NCBI GenBank assembly: GCA_024687305.1
Contig: JAILEQ010000118.1
Coordinates: 2,759 to 66,758 of the forward strand
From: Lachnospiraceae bacterium
GTDB taxonomy: Bacteria > Bacillota > Clostridia > Lachnospirales > Lachnospiraceae
DNA: 64,000 bases
Direction: 5' to 3'
This document shows, piece after piece, positions 1-10,428 of the stretch. The position numbers were made by a program, and so were the translations under genes. Positions within the stretch are counted from its first letter, which is position 1; every line of letters starts with the position of its first letter. The notes beneath the pieces were generated by a model. The model ran no database searches, was not told where the DNA came from, and saw only the letters and a list, made by a program, of their open reading frames with translations.

Positions 1-909
1 GTGAACGAGTTTTGTCAGTTCGTATCCGAGTATCTCTTTTGCTTTGTTAAGTTCACTGCCCTGCCACGATTCCATTGCCTCGATCTCTTCGATGGGAAGG
101 AACGTAAGCATTTTAAGACATTTGATGACATCGGCATCGTCAACGTTTCTCCAGTACTGGAAAAACTCGTAAGGAGTTGTTTTGTTTGCATCAAGCCAAA
201 CAGCACCTTTCTGAGTTTTACCCATCTTCTTTCCTTCCGAGTTAAGAAGAAGTGTGATCGTCATCGCATATGCGTCTTTACCAAGTTTCTTTCTGATAAG
301 CTCGGTACCGCCAAGCATATTGCTCCACTGATCGTCACCGCCAAACTGCATATTGCAGCCGTATCTTTTGTAAAGTTCAAGGAAATCGAAGCTTTGCATC
401 AGCATGTAGTTAAACTCAAGGAAGCTTAACCCCTTCTCCATACGCTGCTTGTAGCACTCGGCTCTTAACATGTTGTTTACGCTGAAGTGAGGTCCTATAT
501 CTCTTATGAACTCAACGTAATTAAGATCAAGAAGCCAGTCGGCATTGTTTACGAGCATGGCCTTTCCTTCACCGAAATCAATAAACTTTGACATCTGCTC
601 TTTAAAGCATGCCACATTGTGATCTATCGTTTCTTTGGTCATCATGGTACGCATATCGCTTCTTCCGGTCGGATCGCCGATCATTGCAGTACCTCCGCCT
701 ATCAGAGCAATGGGTCTGTTACCCGCTTCCTGTAATCTCTTCATAAGGCAAAGAGCCATAAAGTGCCCTACATGAAGACTGTCGGCCGTAGGGTCGAAAC
801 CGATATAAAATACAGCCTTACCATTGTTAACAAGCTCTCTTATCTCATCTTCATCGGTAAGCTGAGCAAGTAAACCTCTTCTTTTAAGTTCTTCAAAAAT
901 ACCTGACAT
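1..909 (-). CDS. tyrS: Tyrosyl-tRNA synthetase (3' end runs off the window)
   Basis: Not in the ORF track. Manual translation from ATG at 909 gives [19 protein letters not shown]...[15 protein letters not shown] (HIGH motif)...GKKMGKT (KMSKS motif). GGAGG RBS upstream; preceded by a Tyr T-box. Confidence 0.97.
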   Translation of the reverse strand, partial: MSGIFEELKRRGLLAQLTDEDEIRELVNNGKAVFYIGFDPTADSLHVGHFMALCLMKRLQEAGNRPIALIGGGTAMIGDPTGRSDMRTMMTKETIDHNVACFKEQMSKFIDFGEGKAMLVNNADWLLDLNYVEFIRDIGPHFSVNNMLRAECYKQRMEKGLSFLEFNYMLMQSFDFLELYKRYGCNMQFGGDDQWSNMLGGTELIRKKLGKDAYAMTITLLLNSEGKKMGKTQKGAVWLDANKTTPYEFFQYWRNVDDADVIKCLKMLTFLPIEEIEAMESWQGSELNKAKEILGYELTKLVH

Positions 910-1020
910 TTTGTTTTCCTCCTGTTTGGTTAAACTATATTCCTTTGATGCGATAAGAAATGAATGATCGTTTAGGTTTTATAAGCAGAATCGAAGAAAT
1001 TACCTATAAACCTGTAAAGT

Positions 1021-1280
1021 AAAAAAAGTCCTTCGCATCTATTGATTGCGAAGGACGAATAAATCGTGTTACCACCTTACATTCACCGCATGCTCACACA
1101 TGCAGCCTCATCGGGTACGCATCATACCCTGACAGGATAACGGTCGTCTGCCGTTGCAGCCTACTTTATTCGGTGCACAGCTCCGAGATGTATTCCCTTA
1201 TCAACAATTGACTGCGCCTCTCACCGGCCGGCTGCTCTCTGTAGTATAGTTAACAGGTACTTGTTCTCTTCATTGCCTTT
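1021..1280 (-). promoter_or_regulatory. T-box riboswitch (Tyr) leader of tyrS
   Basis: Minus strand shows AGAGA and GGTGAGA stem I motifs, specifier GAA-TAC (Tyr codon at 1190-1192), T-box AAGGTGGTAACACG (1065-1078), and terminator GTCCTTCGCA/TGCGAAGGAC (1028-1056) followed by a U-tract. Confidence 0.95.
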
Positions 1281-1291
1281 AACTTGGTATC

Positions 1292-1319
1292 ATTATAACA
1301 ATTTAATTTTACTTGTCAA
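1292..1319 (-). promoter_or_regulatory. Sigma-A promoter for the T-box/tyrS transcript
   Basis: TTGACA-16 nt-TATAAT with extended -10 TG, just upstream of the T-box leader. Confidence 0.75.
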
Positions 1320-4065
1320 TCATAAAAGATAAAAGATTTGCACATTCGAGCTTAACGGTATGAAAATCAAACATCTCATAAGCCTGTATAAGCTTTGTCA
1401 GGCTCTCATTTATGTGCATTCCGTAATTATTTCCTTTGACCTCTTCTATGAAAACATCACACTTCTTAAGATCCATCTTATCGACATTCTCTTTAAATTC
1501 TTTTAAAAGGTCCAAAGAAAGGATCGTTTCTTCACCGTTTGACAATACCGGTACATTCTCATCTTTCAGATAGTTGAACTTTCCTTTTTCCTCAAGATAA
1601 TTCTTGACATCATCAAGTATCTTTATGAATGAATTCAGATATTCTTCATAACGGTCATTAATATACTCAAGATTACCTTCTTTACCGGCTATCTCAAGTT
1701 CTTTGAACATAAGCGAAACCGTATCGGCACCTATGCTCGCACTTGAAGACTTTATTCCGTGAACATCAGTTGTAAAGGCCGAAATCTCACCGCTTTTAAG
1801 GAGTCCCGGAAGTTCCGCCACTTTCCTTACACCCTCCGAATAATAAGTATTTAATATCGCACAATATGAGTCCTCGTTGTGAGCGATATTGGCAAGTCCT
1901 TTATTGATGTTCAATTCATTCTTCTTATCCGAAAGATTGATTCCGTCATTGGAAGGATTACTGTTTTTAATGACTTTGAACACTCCGCTCGGAAGAAAAC
2001 TTATGAGCATATTGGTAAGATATTTTGTTTTAATTGGCTTTGCCAGATATTCCGAAAATCCCTCGGCCAGTATTTTTTCTTTAACGTTGCTTCCCGATTC
2101 GGCCGTCAACGCGATGACGGGAACATTTTTAAAATTCTCATTGTCCGACTCTCTTATCTTTATAAGCGTTTCCAGTCCGCTCATCTCAGGCATTACCATA
2201 TCCATAAACACAAGATCGTAATGTGTGACAGCCATCTTTTCAAGGCACTCCATACCGGATTTGGCAACATCAATATCTATCTTATATTGCTTGAATATTC
2301 CGACAGCCACTTTAATATTGACACCGTTATCATCAACGACCAGTATCTTTGCCTTGCTTCCGTCATAAGAAAAGATGTTTAACTTAAGACTGTAATCATC
2401 GGCGTTCCACTTATTGTTAAGTATCTCGGCAACCGAGAGACATGAAACGGGATGCCGTATGATACGACATTTGTCATATTCACCGTAACAGTGTTTCGGA
2501 TCGCATATAATATACGTCTTCGTGTCAACTTTGTACAAAGAAAGAATTGACGCTACAGCCGAATACATTTCTTCGGGCACAAATATGTAATCATATCCTC
2601 TGTTATGTATCTCCGCATCGAATTTGAACAAAGAATTTACATATTCCGGTCTGACCTCAAATCCTTCCATGATATTTTTCCAGACACCGAGTTCACGGTT
2701 ATCGGAAATATATATAAGGACTCTCTTTGCGTCGTGATTTTCAAGGCTGATCATCGGACTTTGATCAACTATATCACAGATAAAATCAAACTTGACTTCC
2801 AGTCCGACTCCTTCTATGCTCAAGATTTCAAGTTCTCCGCCCATTAGCTTTAAGAGTTCTCTGCAGACGGAATATTTTAAACCTATACCCTTAAGATTGG
2901 AGTTCTGTCTGGAATCGTATGTATCGTAAGCACCGTAAACGGCATTAAGATCCGCCTCGGCAAGTCCCATGCCGGTATCGGAGATCTTGCATTCGAGTTT
3001 AACCTTTTTATTTTCTTCGTCCTTTTTGGCCCTGACTTCCATCATTATCCTGCCGTTTTCGGTAAGTGCTATCGAAACAAAAAGGATACGTGAAAAGATC
3101 TGTCTTATATGAAGTTCATCTCCCATTATGATCTTGGGAATATTATGATCGATCTTGATCCTCATCTTGAGTTTCTTATCGGATATCATTACGGATACCG
3201 TATCGATCATCGTTTTTAACATCTTGGAAATATTAAAAGGAGCGTTGACAAGGCTAAGTTTTCCCGCATCGAGTTTTGAATACATCAAAACATCATCGAT
3301 GATATCCAAAAGATCGTAAGCCGAATCTTTTATTATCATGACTTCCTGCTTTGTAACGTCATCCATCTCATCTTTGAGCATAAGTTCCGAAAGCCCGATT
3401 ATGGAGTTCATCGGAGTTCTTATCTCGTGAGACATATTTGCAAGGAAACGTGCTTTCGCCTCACCCGCACGTCGTTCATGATCTCTGCTTTGATCTATCT
3501 CATTCTTTTCCCGGTTTAAATTGATCTCCTGATATACGATCACAAGCGTAAATGTAATTGCAGTCGATAAAAATGCAAAAAGAACGCCAAGCATAAACTG
3601 TTTCGGAGGGATTGAGTAAGAAAACTGTTCTCCCCACGAAAACTTCTTTATAAAGAAATAGATATCAACATAAACAACAAGAATAAGTATCCAAATATAT
3701 TTTCTTACTTCGATCATAAAAAAGATCATTACAATGGCTGCGGCAAACCAGATAGGAGCTCCCGAATTGGTCGCGGTACCGTAAAGAATATATAAGGGAA
3801 CAAGAACGCAGTTAACAAAAAGCGCAAGAAAGATCGAAAGGGTCTTGTAATCACGTCCTCTTTTGAAACAGCAATATAAACCGACGGATATCACCAGTGT
3901 CGCAAATGTTATTGATATGACCTGACGCGGAACATCTTTTATGAATGCTGTTATAAGTGAAGAAAGAAAAGACAGAGCAATCACAATTCGAAGCACCAAA
4001 ACAAAGGCATCTTTTTGGATGTCGTAATTAAGCCTGTTTTGTTTTCGGGGTCTTAAATAATTCAT
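1309..4065 (-). CDS. Membrane hybrid histidine kinase (TM-HisKA-degenerate HATPase-REC-Hpt)
   Basis: About 6 TM helices; H-box NMSHEIRTPMNSIIG; G1 DTGMG; N-box and G2 degenerate; REC VVDD...FMDMVMP; Hpt VHGIKSSSASIGA. Confidence 0.9.
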   Translation of the reverse strand: MNYLRPRKQNRLNYDIQKDAFVLVLRIVIALSFLSSLITAFIKDVPRQVISITFATLVISVGLYCCFKRGRDYKTLSIFLALFVNCVLVPLYILYGTATNSGAPIWFAAAIVMIFFMIEVRKYIWILILVVYVDIYFFIKKFSWGEQFSYSIPPKQFMLGVLFAFLSTAITFTLVIVYQEINLNREKNEIDQSRDHERRAGEAKARFLANMSHEIRTPMNSIIGLSELMLKDEMDDVTKQEVMIIKDSAYDLLDIIDDVLMYSKLDAGKLSLVNAPFNISKMLKTMIDTVSVMISDKKLKMRIKIDHNIPKIIMGDELHIRQIFSRILFVSIALTENGRIMMEVRAKKDEENKKVKLECKISDTGMGLAEADLNAVYGAYDTYDSRQNSNLKGIGLKYSVCRELLKLMGGELEILSIEGVGLEVKFDFICDIVDQSPMISLENHDAKRVLIYISDNRELGVWKNIMEGFEVRPEYVNSLFKFDAEIHNRGYDYIFVPEEMYSAVASILSLYKVDTKTYIICDPKHCYGEYDKCRIIRHPVSCLSVAEILNNKWNADDYSLKLNIFSYDGSKAKILVVDDNGVNIKVAVGIFKQYKIDIDVAKSGMECLEKMAVTHYDLVFMDMVMPEMSGLETLIKIRESDNENFKNVPVIALTAESGSNVKEKILAEGFSEYLAKPIKTKYLTNMLISFLPSGVFKVIKNSNPSNDGINLSDKKNELNINKGLANIAHNEDSYCAILNTYYSEGVRKVAELPGLLKSGEISAFTTDVHGIKSSSASIGADTVSLMFKELEIAGKEGNLEYINDRYEEYLNSFIKILDDVKNYLEEKGKFNYLKDENVPVLSNGEETILSLDLLKEFKENVDKMDLKKCDVFIEEVKGNNYGMHINESLTKLIQAYEMFDFHTVKLECANLLSFMIDK

Positions 4066-6179
4066 GCTTCGTCCACTTTAACTTTGATCAGGTCTGCGGG
4101 TAACAGTTTGATGAGTGTCTTTTCCAATTGCTCTACATTTATGGGTTTGGGAAGATAATCATCAAAACCGGCATTGATAAACATCTCTTTTGCTCCGCTG
4201 ACAACATTTGCCGTAAGAGCGACAACCGGAAGATCCGGATTTTTGATCTCCTTGGATTCACGGATCTTTTTAAGTGTATCGATACCGTCCATATCAGGCA
4301 TCATGTAATCAAGAAACACTATATCGATCTTTTCCTGTTTAAGACAGATAAGCCCTTCTCGTCCCGATGCGGCGGTCAAGATGTTCGACCCGTATCTTTG
4401 GATCATTTCTTTGGCCACTCCGAGATTTACAAGATTGTCATCGATCACAAGTACAGTTACATCGGGCATTTCAAACGATCCCTGGAAAGCTTTTCTTCGT
4501 ACCGAATAGTTTGATGTTCTGTTTAACAGATCCGCCACATTAAGGCACGATAACGGAGTCGTAAGAACATATTCAAAAGGCTCTCCCGAATAAGAATAGT
4601 TGCATGCAGAGATTACTACGATCTTTTTGTAATCGATCTTGCCCGCATAAAGATTCTCTTTGATCTTTTCATAAGAAGCACTGCCAATCAAATAAAAATC
4701 AAACGAATCGTCAGATACCTTTTCGATAAACTCTTCGGGCTTATGTGCTCTTTCAAAGCTTACGTTCATCGAAACGAGGATATCCTTTAATGCTTTATCA
4801 TCCGAACCGTTCTCAAGATAATAAAGCACTTTTACGTTCATATCATTAACGGTACCGCAATATCCGGAATCGTCGATCTTAAATCTTTGAATAGCTTCAA
4901 AATGAAATGCCGAACCCTCACCGAAAACGCTGTCGGCCCACAATTTACCGCCCATTGCATCGCAGATCTTTCTGCAATAGGCAAGGCCGAGTCCGTTACC
5001 CTCAAACGTTCTGTCCGTTTCTACCGTTCCGGATCTGTGTCTGGATTCAAAAATCAGTTCAAGATTTTCGGCTTTTATACCTATACCGGTATCAAGAACA
5101 CGTATCTTCAATTTCAGGGAATCTTCGGATATAACGTCAAAATCCACCTCAAAGTTGATTGAACCTTGCTTGGTATATTTGATGGCGTTCGAAAGAAGGT
5201 TCACAAATATTTGACGTATCTTATTCGAATCGCCGATCAATATCCTTTTCAGACCGGGATTGACTTTGACGTAAAAAGAAACATTTGAATCGAGAAGACG
5301 AACACTCATTAAATTGATAACATCGTTTAAAAGAGCGGATATATCATACTCTTCTTCGTTTATGACCACATCTTCAAGATTCATCCTCGAAAAATCCAAC
5401 AGGTCGGATGTTATGGATAACAGAGCATGGCTGGAATTTGATATATTGGATGCCATTTCCTTTATATGCGGGGAAACTTCGCTGTCAAGCAAAATATCGG
5501 TAGTGCCGATAATGGCATTAAGAGGCGTTATTATCTCATGCGAGATATTTACAAGAAACATATCCTTTGCAAAACTCACCTGCTCGGCCTGTAAGCTTGC
5601 ATTTTTACGTTCTCTTATCTCGCTTAACAAAAGACTGTTCCGAAAACTTATAACGGTTCCGCAGATCATACCGGTGGCGATTATTGCAAATCCGATTCTG
5701 ATAAAATCCGAATCGTTCGGGTCAAGATAGTACAGATCGTAAGGTTTTCGAATACAAAAAGCATAGATTATGCTAAGGACATCTACAATGAGCAAAAGCA
5801 CGGTATAAATGATCCTGCGATGTTTTTTGTACATTACAAGACCGAATGTTATACCGATAATAAAATATACCGGGATCTCAACAAAATTCTTTTTGGAAAA
5901 AATTAGAGCGATCGGAAATGCGAAAAAATTGCATGTGATAAGCAGAATATTGGTAAAGCATTTCTTTTCCGGAAATTTTCTCTTTAAAAAGAACAAAGAA
6001 AGACAAAGTGCCGAGATTAAAAGAGATATGATCAAAAAAAATCTTTCGACCCGAAGTATGGTTCCCAAAAGCGCAAAAAGAAGGCTGAAAGAACTGCTTA
6101 AAACAGAAACAAGGTAAAACAGTCTTACAGATTCGGGAATTTCATCATTAAAAAAGTATTTCTCGAAAAATTCCTTCAA
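4062..6179 (-). CDS. Membrane hybrid histidine kinase (TM-HisKA-HATPase-REC)
   Basis: N-terminal TM helices; NISHEIITPLNAIIG; N-box NLLSNAIKYT; DTGIGI; GNGLGL; REC FLDYMMP. ATGA overlap with the downstream kinase. Confidence 0.92.
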   Translation of the reverse strand: MKEFFEKYFFNDEIPESVRLFYLVSVLSSSFSLLFALLGTILRVERFFLIISLLISALCLSLFFLKRKFPEKKCFTNILLITCNFFAFPIALIFSKKNFVEIPVYFIIGITFGLVMYKKHRRIIYTVLLLIVDVLSIIYAFCIRKPYDLYYLDPNDSDFIRIGFAIIATGMICGTVISFRNSLLLSEIRERKNASLQAEQVSFAKDMFLVNISHEIITPLNAIIGTTDILLDSEVSPHIKEMASNISNSSHALLSITSDLLDFSRMNLEDVVINEEEYDISALLNDVINLMSVRLLDSNVSFYVKVNPGLKRILIGDSNKIRQIFVNLLSNAIKYTKQGSINFEVDFDVISEDSLKLKIRVLDTGIGIKAENLELIFESRHRSGTVETDRTFEGNGLGLAYCRKICDAMGGKLWADSVFGEGSAFHFEAIQRFKIDDSGYCGTVNDMNVKVLYYLENGSDDKALKDILVSMNVSFERAHKPEEFIEKVSDDSFDFYLIGSASYEKIKENLYAGKIDYKKIVVISACNYSYSGEPFEYVLTTPLSCLNVADLLNRTSNYSVRRKAFQGSFEMPDVTVLVIDDNLVNLGVAKEMIQRYGSNILTAASGREGLICLKQEKIDIVFLDYMMPDMDGIDTLKKIRESKEIKNPDLPVVALTANVVSGAKEMFINAGFDDYLPKPINVEQLEKTLIKLLPADLIKVKVDEA

Positions 6180-6196
6180 TTGTACTCTTTGACCTC

Positions 6197-7270
6197 TTAA
6201 TCAAAATTCAGCTTTTCAATATCACGTTCACAAGCCACAAACTCATCGACAAGTTCGGGATCGAGCATGGTAAACTTCAAAAACTTAAGTTTCATTATCG
6301 CTTCCGAATGTGACAAAACTTTGCCGTCAACTTCATTGTGCCTTAAATTGTCATACATGTTTACGATCGCGAGTATCCTGGCTTCGAGAGGGATCTTCTC
6401 ACCGTTGAGCTTATCGGGATATCCCGAACCGTCCCAGTTTTCATGATGGTATTTACACATGTTTAAAGCATATGTCATAAAGTTGGAACTGCCCGAAGAA
6501 AGCTGGGTTACCTCGGATATGATTTCAGCTCCGAGCGTAGTATGGTTTTGAAGCGTTCCGACTTCAAAAGGTTTAAGCTTCGTATAAGAATCTTCTTTTA
6601 ACCTAAGAAACCTGTCTTTTATACATATTTTGCCAAGGTCGTGAATCTTCGACGCAAAACAGATGGTCGCGCAGTTTTCGGCTGTGAAATCGACTTTTTC
6701 TTTGTGCCTTAAATGAGTAAGGTAAACGTTCATATACTTTTCGACTCTTATCGCATGCTCGGAAAATTCATGACTTCTCTTACCCAAAACATCCACAAAC
6801 ATCTGAACGATCGAATATTGAAGTTCGGCAAGACGTTTTACCTTCTCCTGGATCGATGTCTGAAGATTCTGATTGTATTCATCAAGCTTTTTCCTTTGAT
6901 TGATAAGCTGAATCTGAATATCGACACGTTTTCTTAAAAGATTTGCGGTGTAAGGTTTTCTGATGTAGTCTGCGGCACCGAGATTGTAACCTTCAAGTTC
7001 GGTAATATCATCATCCTGAGCCGTCAAAAAGATTATGGGAATATCGACAAGCCTTTCTTTGTTCTTCATCTCGGAAATAACCTGGAAGCCGTTAACATTC
7101 GGCATATCGATATCAAGAAGCACCAAAACGGGAAGTTCAGGCATATCGTTAAGACACTCAAGCGCAGAGATACCCGAAGAAACAGGGATCACCTCATATT
7201 TATCCTCTAACGTTTTACGCGCCATAATGAGATTGGCCATATTGTCGTCAACGATCATCACCTTTTCCAT
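6197..7270 (-). CDS. Response regulator with HD-GYP output domain (RpfG-like)
   Basis: Start chosen at ATG 7270 with AGGAG RBS. REC MIVDD...LLDIDMP; IHDLGK; HHENWDGSGYP. Confidence 0.9.
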   Translation of the reverse strand: MEKVMIVDDNMANLIMARKTLEDKYEVIPVSSGISALECLNDMPELPVLVLLDIDMPNVNGFQVISEMKNKERLVDIPIIFLTAQDDDITELEGYNLGAADYIRKPYTANLLRKRVDIQIQLINQRKKLDEYNQNLQTSIQEKVKRLAELQYSIVQMFVDVLGKRSHEFSEHAIRVEKYMNVYLTHLRHKEKVDFTAENCATICFASKIHDLGKICIKDRFLRLKEDSYTKLKPFEVGTLQNHTTLGAEIISEVTQLSSGSSNFMTYALNMCKYHHENWDGSGYPDKLNGEKIPLEARILAIVNMYDNLRHNEVDGKVLSHSEAIMKLKFLKFTMLDPELVDEFVACERDIEKLNFD

Positions 7271-7362
7271 AAGAATCTCCTTGTTATGCAAAAGAATCTG
7301 ATTAATTCTACTGGAAAACAAATAACGATTTGTTAGATAATATAAGTATAAAATATATACAC

Positions 7363-7397
7363 AAAAAAGCGAGTGTTTTTTCTGTAAAACACTCGCT
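7363..7397 (-). terminator. Intrinsic terminator after the VWA gene
   Basis: GCGAGTGTTTT/AAAACACTCGC stem followed by a U-tract on the minus strand. Confidence 0.8.
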
Positions 7398-7418
7398 CAT
7401 TTTTATTAAGATACAGTA

Positions 7419-8618
7419 TTATCTTGTCATAAGTTTGACCATGGCTTCATTCAAACCTTCAATAGTCAGTTTGTACATCGGAAAAATTTCTTTTATCCTG
7501 GTTTCCGCCTCTCTCCAGGGCGCCTTTCCGGGAGCCATCTTGGGATTTAACCAAACAACCTTTTTATAATGCTGCTTTAACAACAAAAGCCATTGTTCAC
7601 CGGAAAGTCCCCCGTTGGGGCCTCGGTAATTACCTGTATCGGAATACAGTTCTTCGGGAGCCATTGCAGCATCGCCGACAACGATAACTTTATAATCGCT
7701 GTCAAGATTTCTAAACATCCACTCCGTATCTATCCATTCTCCGTTTTCGCATTCCGGAGAATTGTAAAGTTTTGAATATATACAGTTATGAAAATAATAT
7801 GTCTTAACGTCTTTATAATGATTGGACTTATGGATCGCCTGAAACAACTCATTCAACAGATTCGAGAACGGGATCATCGTGCCGCCCGAGTCCATTAAGA
7901 GCAACAGTTTTACCGCATTTTTACGCGGCTTTTCCATTTCTATCTTTAAATATCCGCCGTTCTTACAGGTGGAATCGATGGTACCGTTGATATCAAGTTC
8001 GGTCTTGGGAATATCAAGTTTGGACGAAAACTGACGAAGTTTCCTGAACGCAAGCTGAAACTGTCTGTTGTCAAGCATCCTGTCGTCACGGAAATCCCGG
8101 TATTTGCGGGCGCCTACAACACTGAAAGCCGACTGATATCCGGTTTTACCTCCGACTCTTACACCGCCGACATTACCGCCCATGTTACCGAAACTGGTCT
8201 TTCCCATCGTTCCTATCCAGTAACTTCCTCCGTTATGTTCGGAATCCTGGTCCTTCAGACGGTCTTTAAATTTTTGTTCGACATCATCGCGATTTATCTG
8301 AAGTTCTTCCTGCTGATTCAGCCAGAACTTTTCTTCGTCGAATATACGCTGCATCTCTTCCGACTTATCAAGCCATCGAAGCATCGTATCCGTTATCTGA
8401 TTTTCTGTCTTGATCCCTTTAAAGCACTCTTCAAAAGCCATGTCAAACTTGTCAAAATCGGTTTCGTTCTTGACTAAGATCGCTCTGGCCGCATAGTAAA
8501 ATCCCGTAAGGGAAGAATTATTTAGATTAATACTGAGAGCCTTCATGAGATTGAGCCATTCCGTCAGTGAAACGTCCAATCCCTTGGCTTTCAAAGTGTA
8601 AAAGAATGTTGTGAACAA
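7419..8618 (-). CDS. VWA domain (CoxE-like) protein, MoxR partner
   Basis: WIGTMGKTSFG motif; LLLMDSGGTM MIDAS-like; YYFHNC; VVGDAAMAPEEL; VWLNP. Abuts the MoxR gene. Confidence 0.85.
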   Translation of the reverse strand: MFTTFFYTLKAKGLDVSLTEWLNLMKALSINLNNSSLTGFYYAARAILVKNETDFDKFDMAFEECFKGIKTENQITDTMLRWLDKSEEMQRIFDEEKFWLNQQEELQINRDDVEQKFKDRLKDQDSEHNGGSYWIGTMGKTSFGNMGGNVGGVRVGGKTGYQSAFSVVGARKYRDFRDDRMLDNRQFQLAFRKLRQFSSKLDIPKTELDINGTIDSTCKNGGYLKIEMEKPRKNAVKLLLLMDSGGTMIPFSNLLNELFQAIHKSNHYKDVKTYYFHNCIYSKLYNSPECENGEWIDTEWMFRNLDSDYKVIVVGDAAMAPEELYSDTGNYRGPNGGLSGEQWLLLLKQHYKKVVWLNPKMAPGKAPWREAETRIKEIFPMYKLTIEGLNEAMVKLMTR

Positions 8619-9431
8619 TTATTCTACCCTTTTTCTCAAAACTTCAAGGTCTTCGTCTTTCTTAATCAAAACACCCACAAAAGGAAGTTCTCGTCTTATG
8701 ATATCCGGATCGATACCGCCGATCATCAAAGCGTTGAGCCAATCGATAAGTTCACTCGTGGCAGGCTTTTTGCGAAGCTGAGAATAAGTTCTTATCTCGT
8801 AAAAAGTATCCATGGCATTCTTTAAGAGATTATCCTCGATATTCGGAATATGAGTCTTAACGATCTCTTCCATGAGCTCTCTGTCCGGAAAATCGATGTA
8901 ATGGAAAATGCATCTTCTTAAGAATGCATCGGGAAGTTCCTTCTCTGCATTGGAAGTGATGATAACTATGGGACGAACTTTGGCCTTAACGGTTCTCTTC
9001 GTCTCATAAATGTAAAATTCCATCTGATCGAGCTCCCAAAGAAGGTCATTGGGGAATTCAAGATCCGCCTTATCGATCTCATCGATAAGAAGGACAACCT
9101 GCTCATCACTTTCAAAAGCCTCTCCGAGCTTACCGAGCTTGATATAATTGGCTATATCATCAACGCCCTCATTACCGAACTGAGAATCATAAAGTCTTTG
9201 AATGGTATCGTAAGTATACAATCCTTCCTGTGCCTTTGTGGTAGACTTAATGTTCCATACGATAAGCTTCTTGCCAAGCGATTCGCTTACAGCCTTTGCA
9301 AGCATTGTTTTTCCCGTACCGGGCTCACCTTTGATGAGCAAAGGCTTTTCAAGCTGCATGGCGATGTTTACGGAAAGCATGAGTTCTTCCGAAGCAATAT
9401 ATTGTTCTGTCGAATTAAAATTATCAGCCAA
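8619..9431 (-). CDS. MoxR-family AAA+ ATPase
   Basis: Walker A GEPGTGKT; Walker B LLIDEIDKA; ITSNAEKELPDAFLRRC. Confidence 0.92.
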   Translation of the reverse strand: MADNFNSTEQYIASEELMLSVNIAMQLEKPLLIKGEPGTGKTMLAKAVSESLGKKLIVWNIKSTTKAQEGLYTYDTIQRLYDSQFGNEGVDDIANYIKLGKLGEAFESDEQVVLLIDEIDKADLEFPNDLLWELDQMEFYIYETKRTVKAKVRPIVIITSNAEKELPDAFLRRCIFHYIDFPDRELMEEIVKTHIPNIEDNLLKNAMDTFYEIRTYSQLRKKPATSELIDWLNALMIGGIDPDIIRRELPFVGVLIKKDEDLEVLRKRVE

Positions 9432-10428
9432 TTTCGTCTCCTGTCTCCATTTTCTTGTCCCTTAACATAAGAACCTTTAAAGCATCTTTTGCGGGAACGT
9501 TATCAAACAGTATCTTGTTAACTTCTTCGATGATGGGAAGCTCCACATCGTACTTCTTGGCAAGTCCCATTGCTGCCTTGGCGCTGTATACGCCTTCTAC
9601 AACCATCTTTACTTCATCCATGGCTTCCTGCATCGTCTTGCCCTGACCGATAAGAATACCGGCGCGACGATTTCTTGAATGCATGGATGCACAGGTAACG
9701 ATAAGATCACCTATACCGGTAAGACCTGCAAATGTTTCGAATTTACCACCCATCTTTATGCCGAGTCTTCCGATCTCGGTGATTCCTCTTGTGATAAGAG
9801 CGGCTTTTGTATTGTCACCGTATCCGAGTCCGTCTGCGATTCCGGCAGCAAGAGCAACAACGTTCTTTAAAGCCGCACCGATCTCCATGCCGAGCATATC
9901 GGTCGATGTATAAACTCTGAAAGTTTCACACATAAAAATGTTTTGTATGAATTCAGCGGTCTTAATATCTTCGCTTCCCACAACTATGGTCGTCGGAAGT
10001 CCTCTGCCAACCTCTTCGGCATGGGAAGGGCCGCACATAACAGCCACCTTACATTGAGGTATCTCTTCTTTTATAACTTCCGAAAGTCTCATAAGAGTTT
10101 TCTCTTCGAGACCTTTGGCGACATTAACTATGATCTGTCCGTCTTTTACGAACTTACTCATGTCTGCCGCGGTCTTCCTTATAAACGGTGAAGGAACGGC
10201 CAATACAAGAACTTCGTTATCCTTAACCGTCGATTCAAGATCAGTCGTAAACTTAATGCTTTCCGAGAGTTTTACTCCGGGGAGTTTTGTAGTATGTTCA
10301 TGCTCTTTCTTAAGCATTTCAATCTCGTCTTCAAGAATCGACCAGACCGTAACATCACAACCGTTATTTGTAAGCAGTGCCGCAAGAGCAATTCCCCACG
10401 AACCTGCACCTATGATACCTATCTTCAA
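9424..10428 (-). CDS. gpsA: NAD(P)H-dependent glycerol-3-phosphate dehydrogenase
   Basis: GAGSWG Rossmann motif; GPSHAEEV; ALKNVVAL; GDLIVTC; SRNRRAG. Confidence 0.97.
   Translation of the reverse strand: MKIGIIGAGSWGIALAALLTNNGCDVTVWSILEDEIEMLKKEHEHTTKLPGVKLSESIKFTTDLESTVKDNEVLVLAVPSPFIRKTAADMSKFVKDGQIIVNVAKGLEEKTLMRLSEVIKEEIPQCKVAVMCGPSHAEEVGRGLPTTIVVGSEDIKTAEFIQNIFMCETFRVYTSTDMLGMEIGAALKNVVALAAGIADGLGYGDNTKAALITRGITEIGRLGIKMGGKFETFAGLTGIGDLIVTCASMHSRNRRAGILIGQGKTMQEAMDEVKMVVEGVYSAKAAMGLAKKYDVELPIIEEVNKILFDNVPAKDALKVLMLRDKKMETGDEIG

Noticed and set aside
1-429. Plus-strand 142-aa ORF and the short 15-206 ORF
   Set aside because: Shadows of tyrS, which the ORF track missed because its stop lies outside the window.
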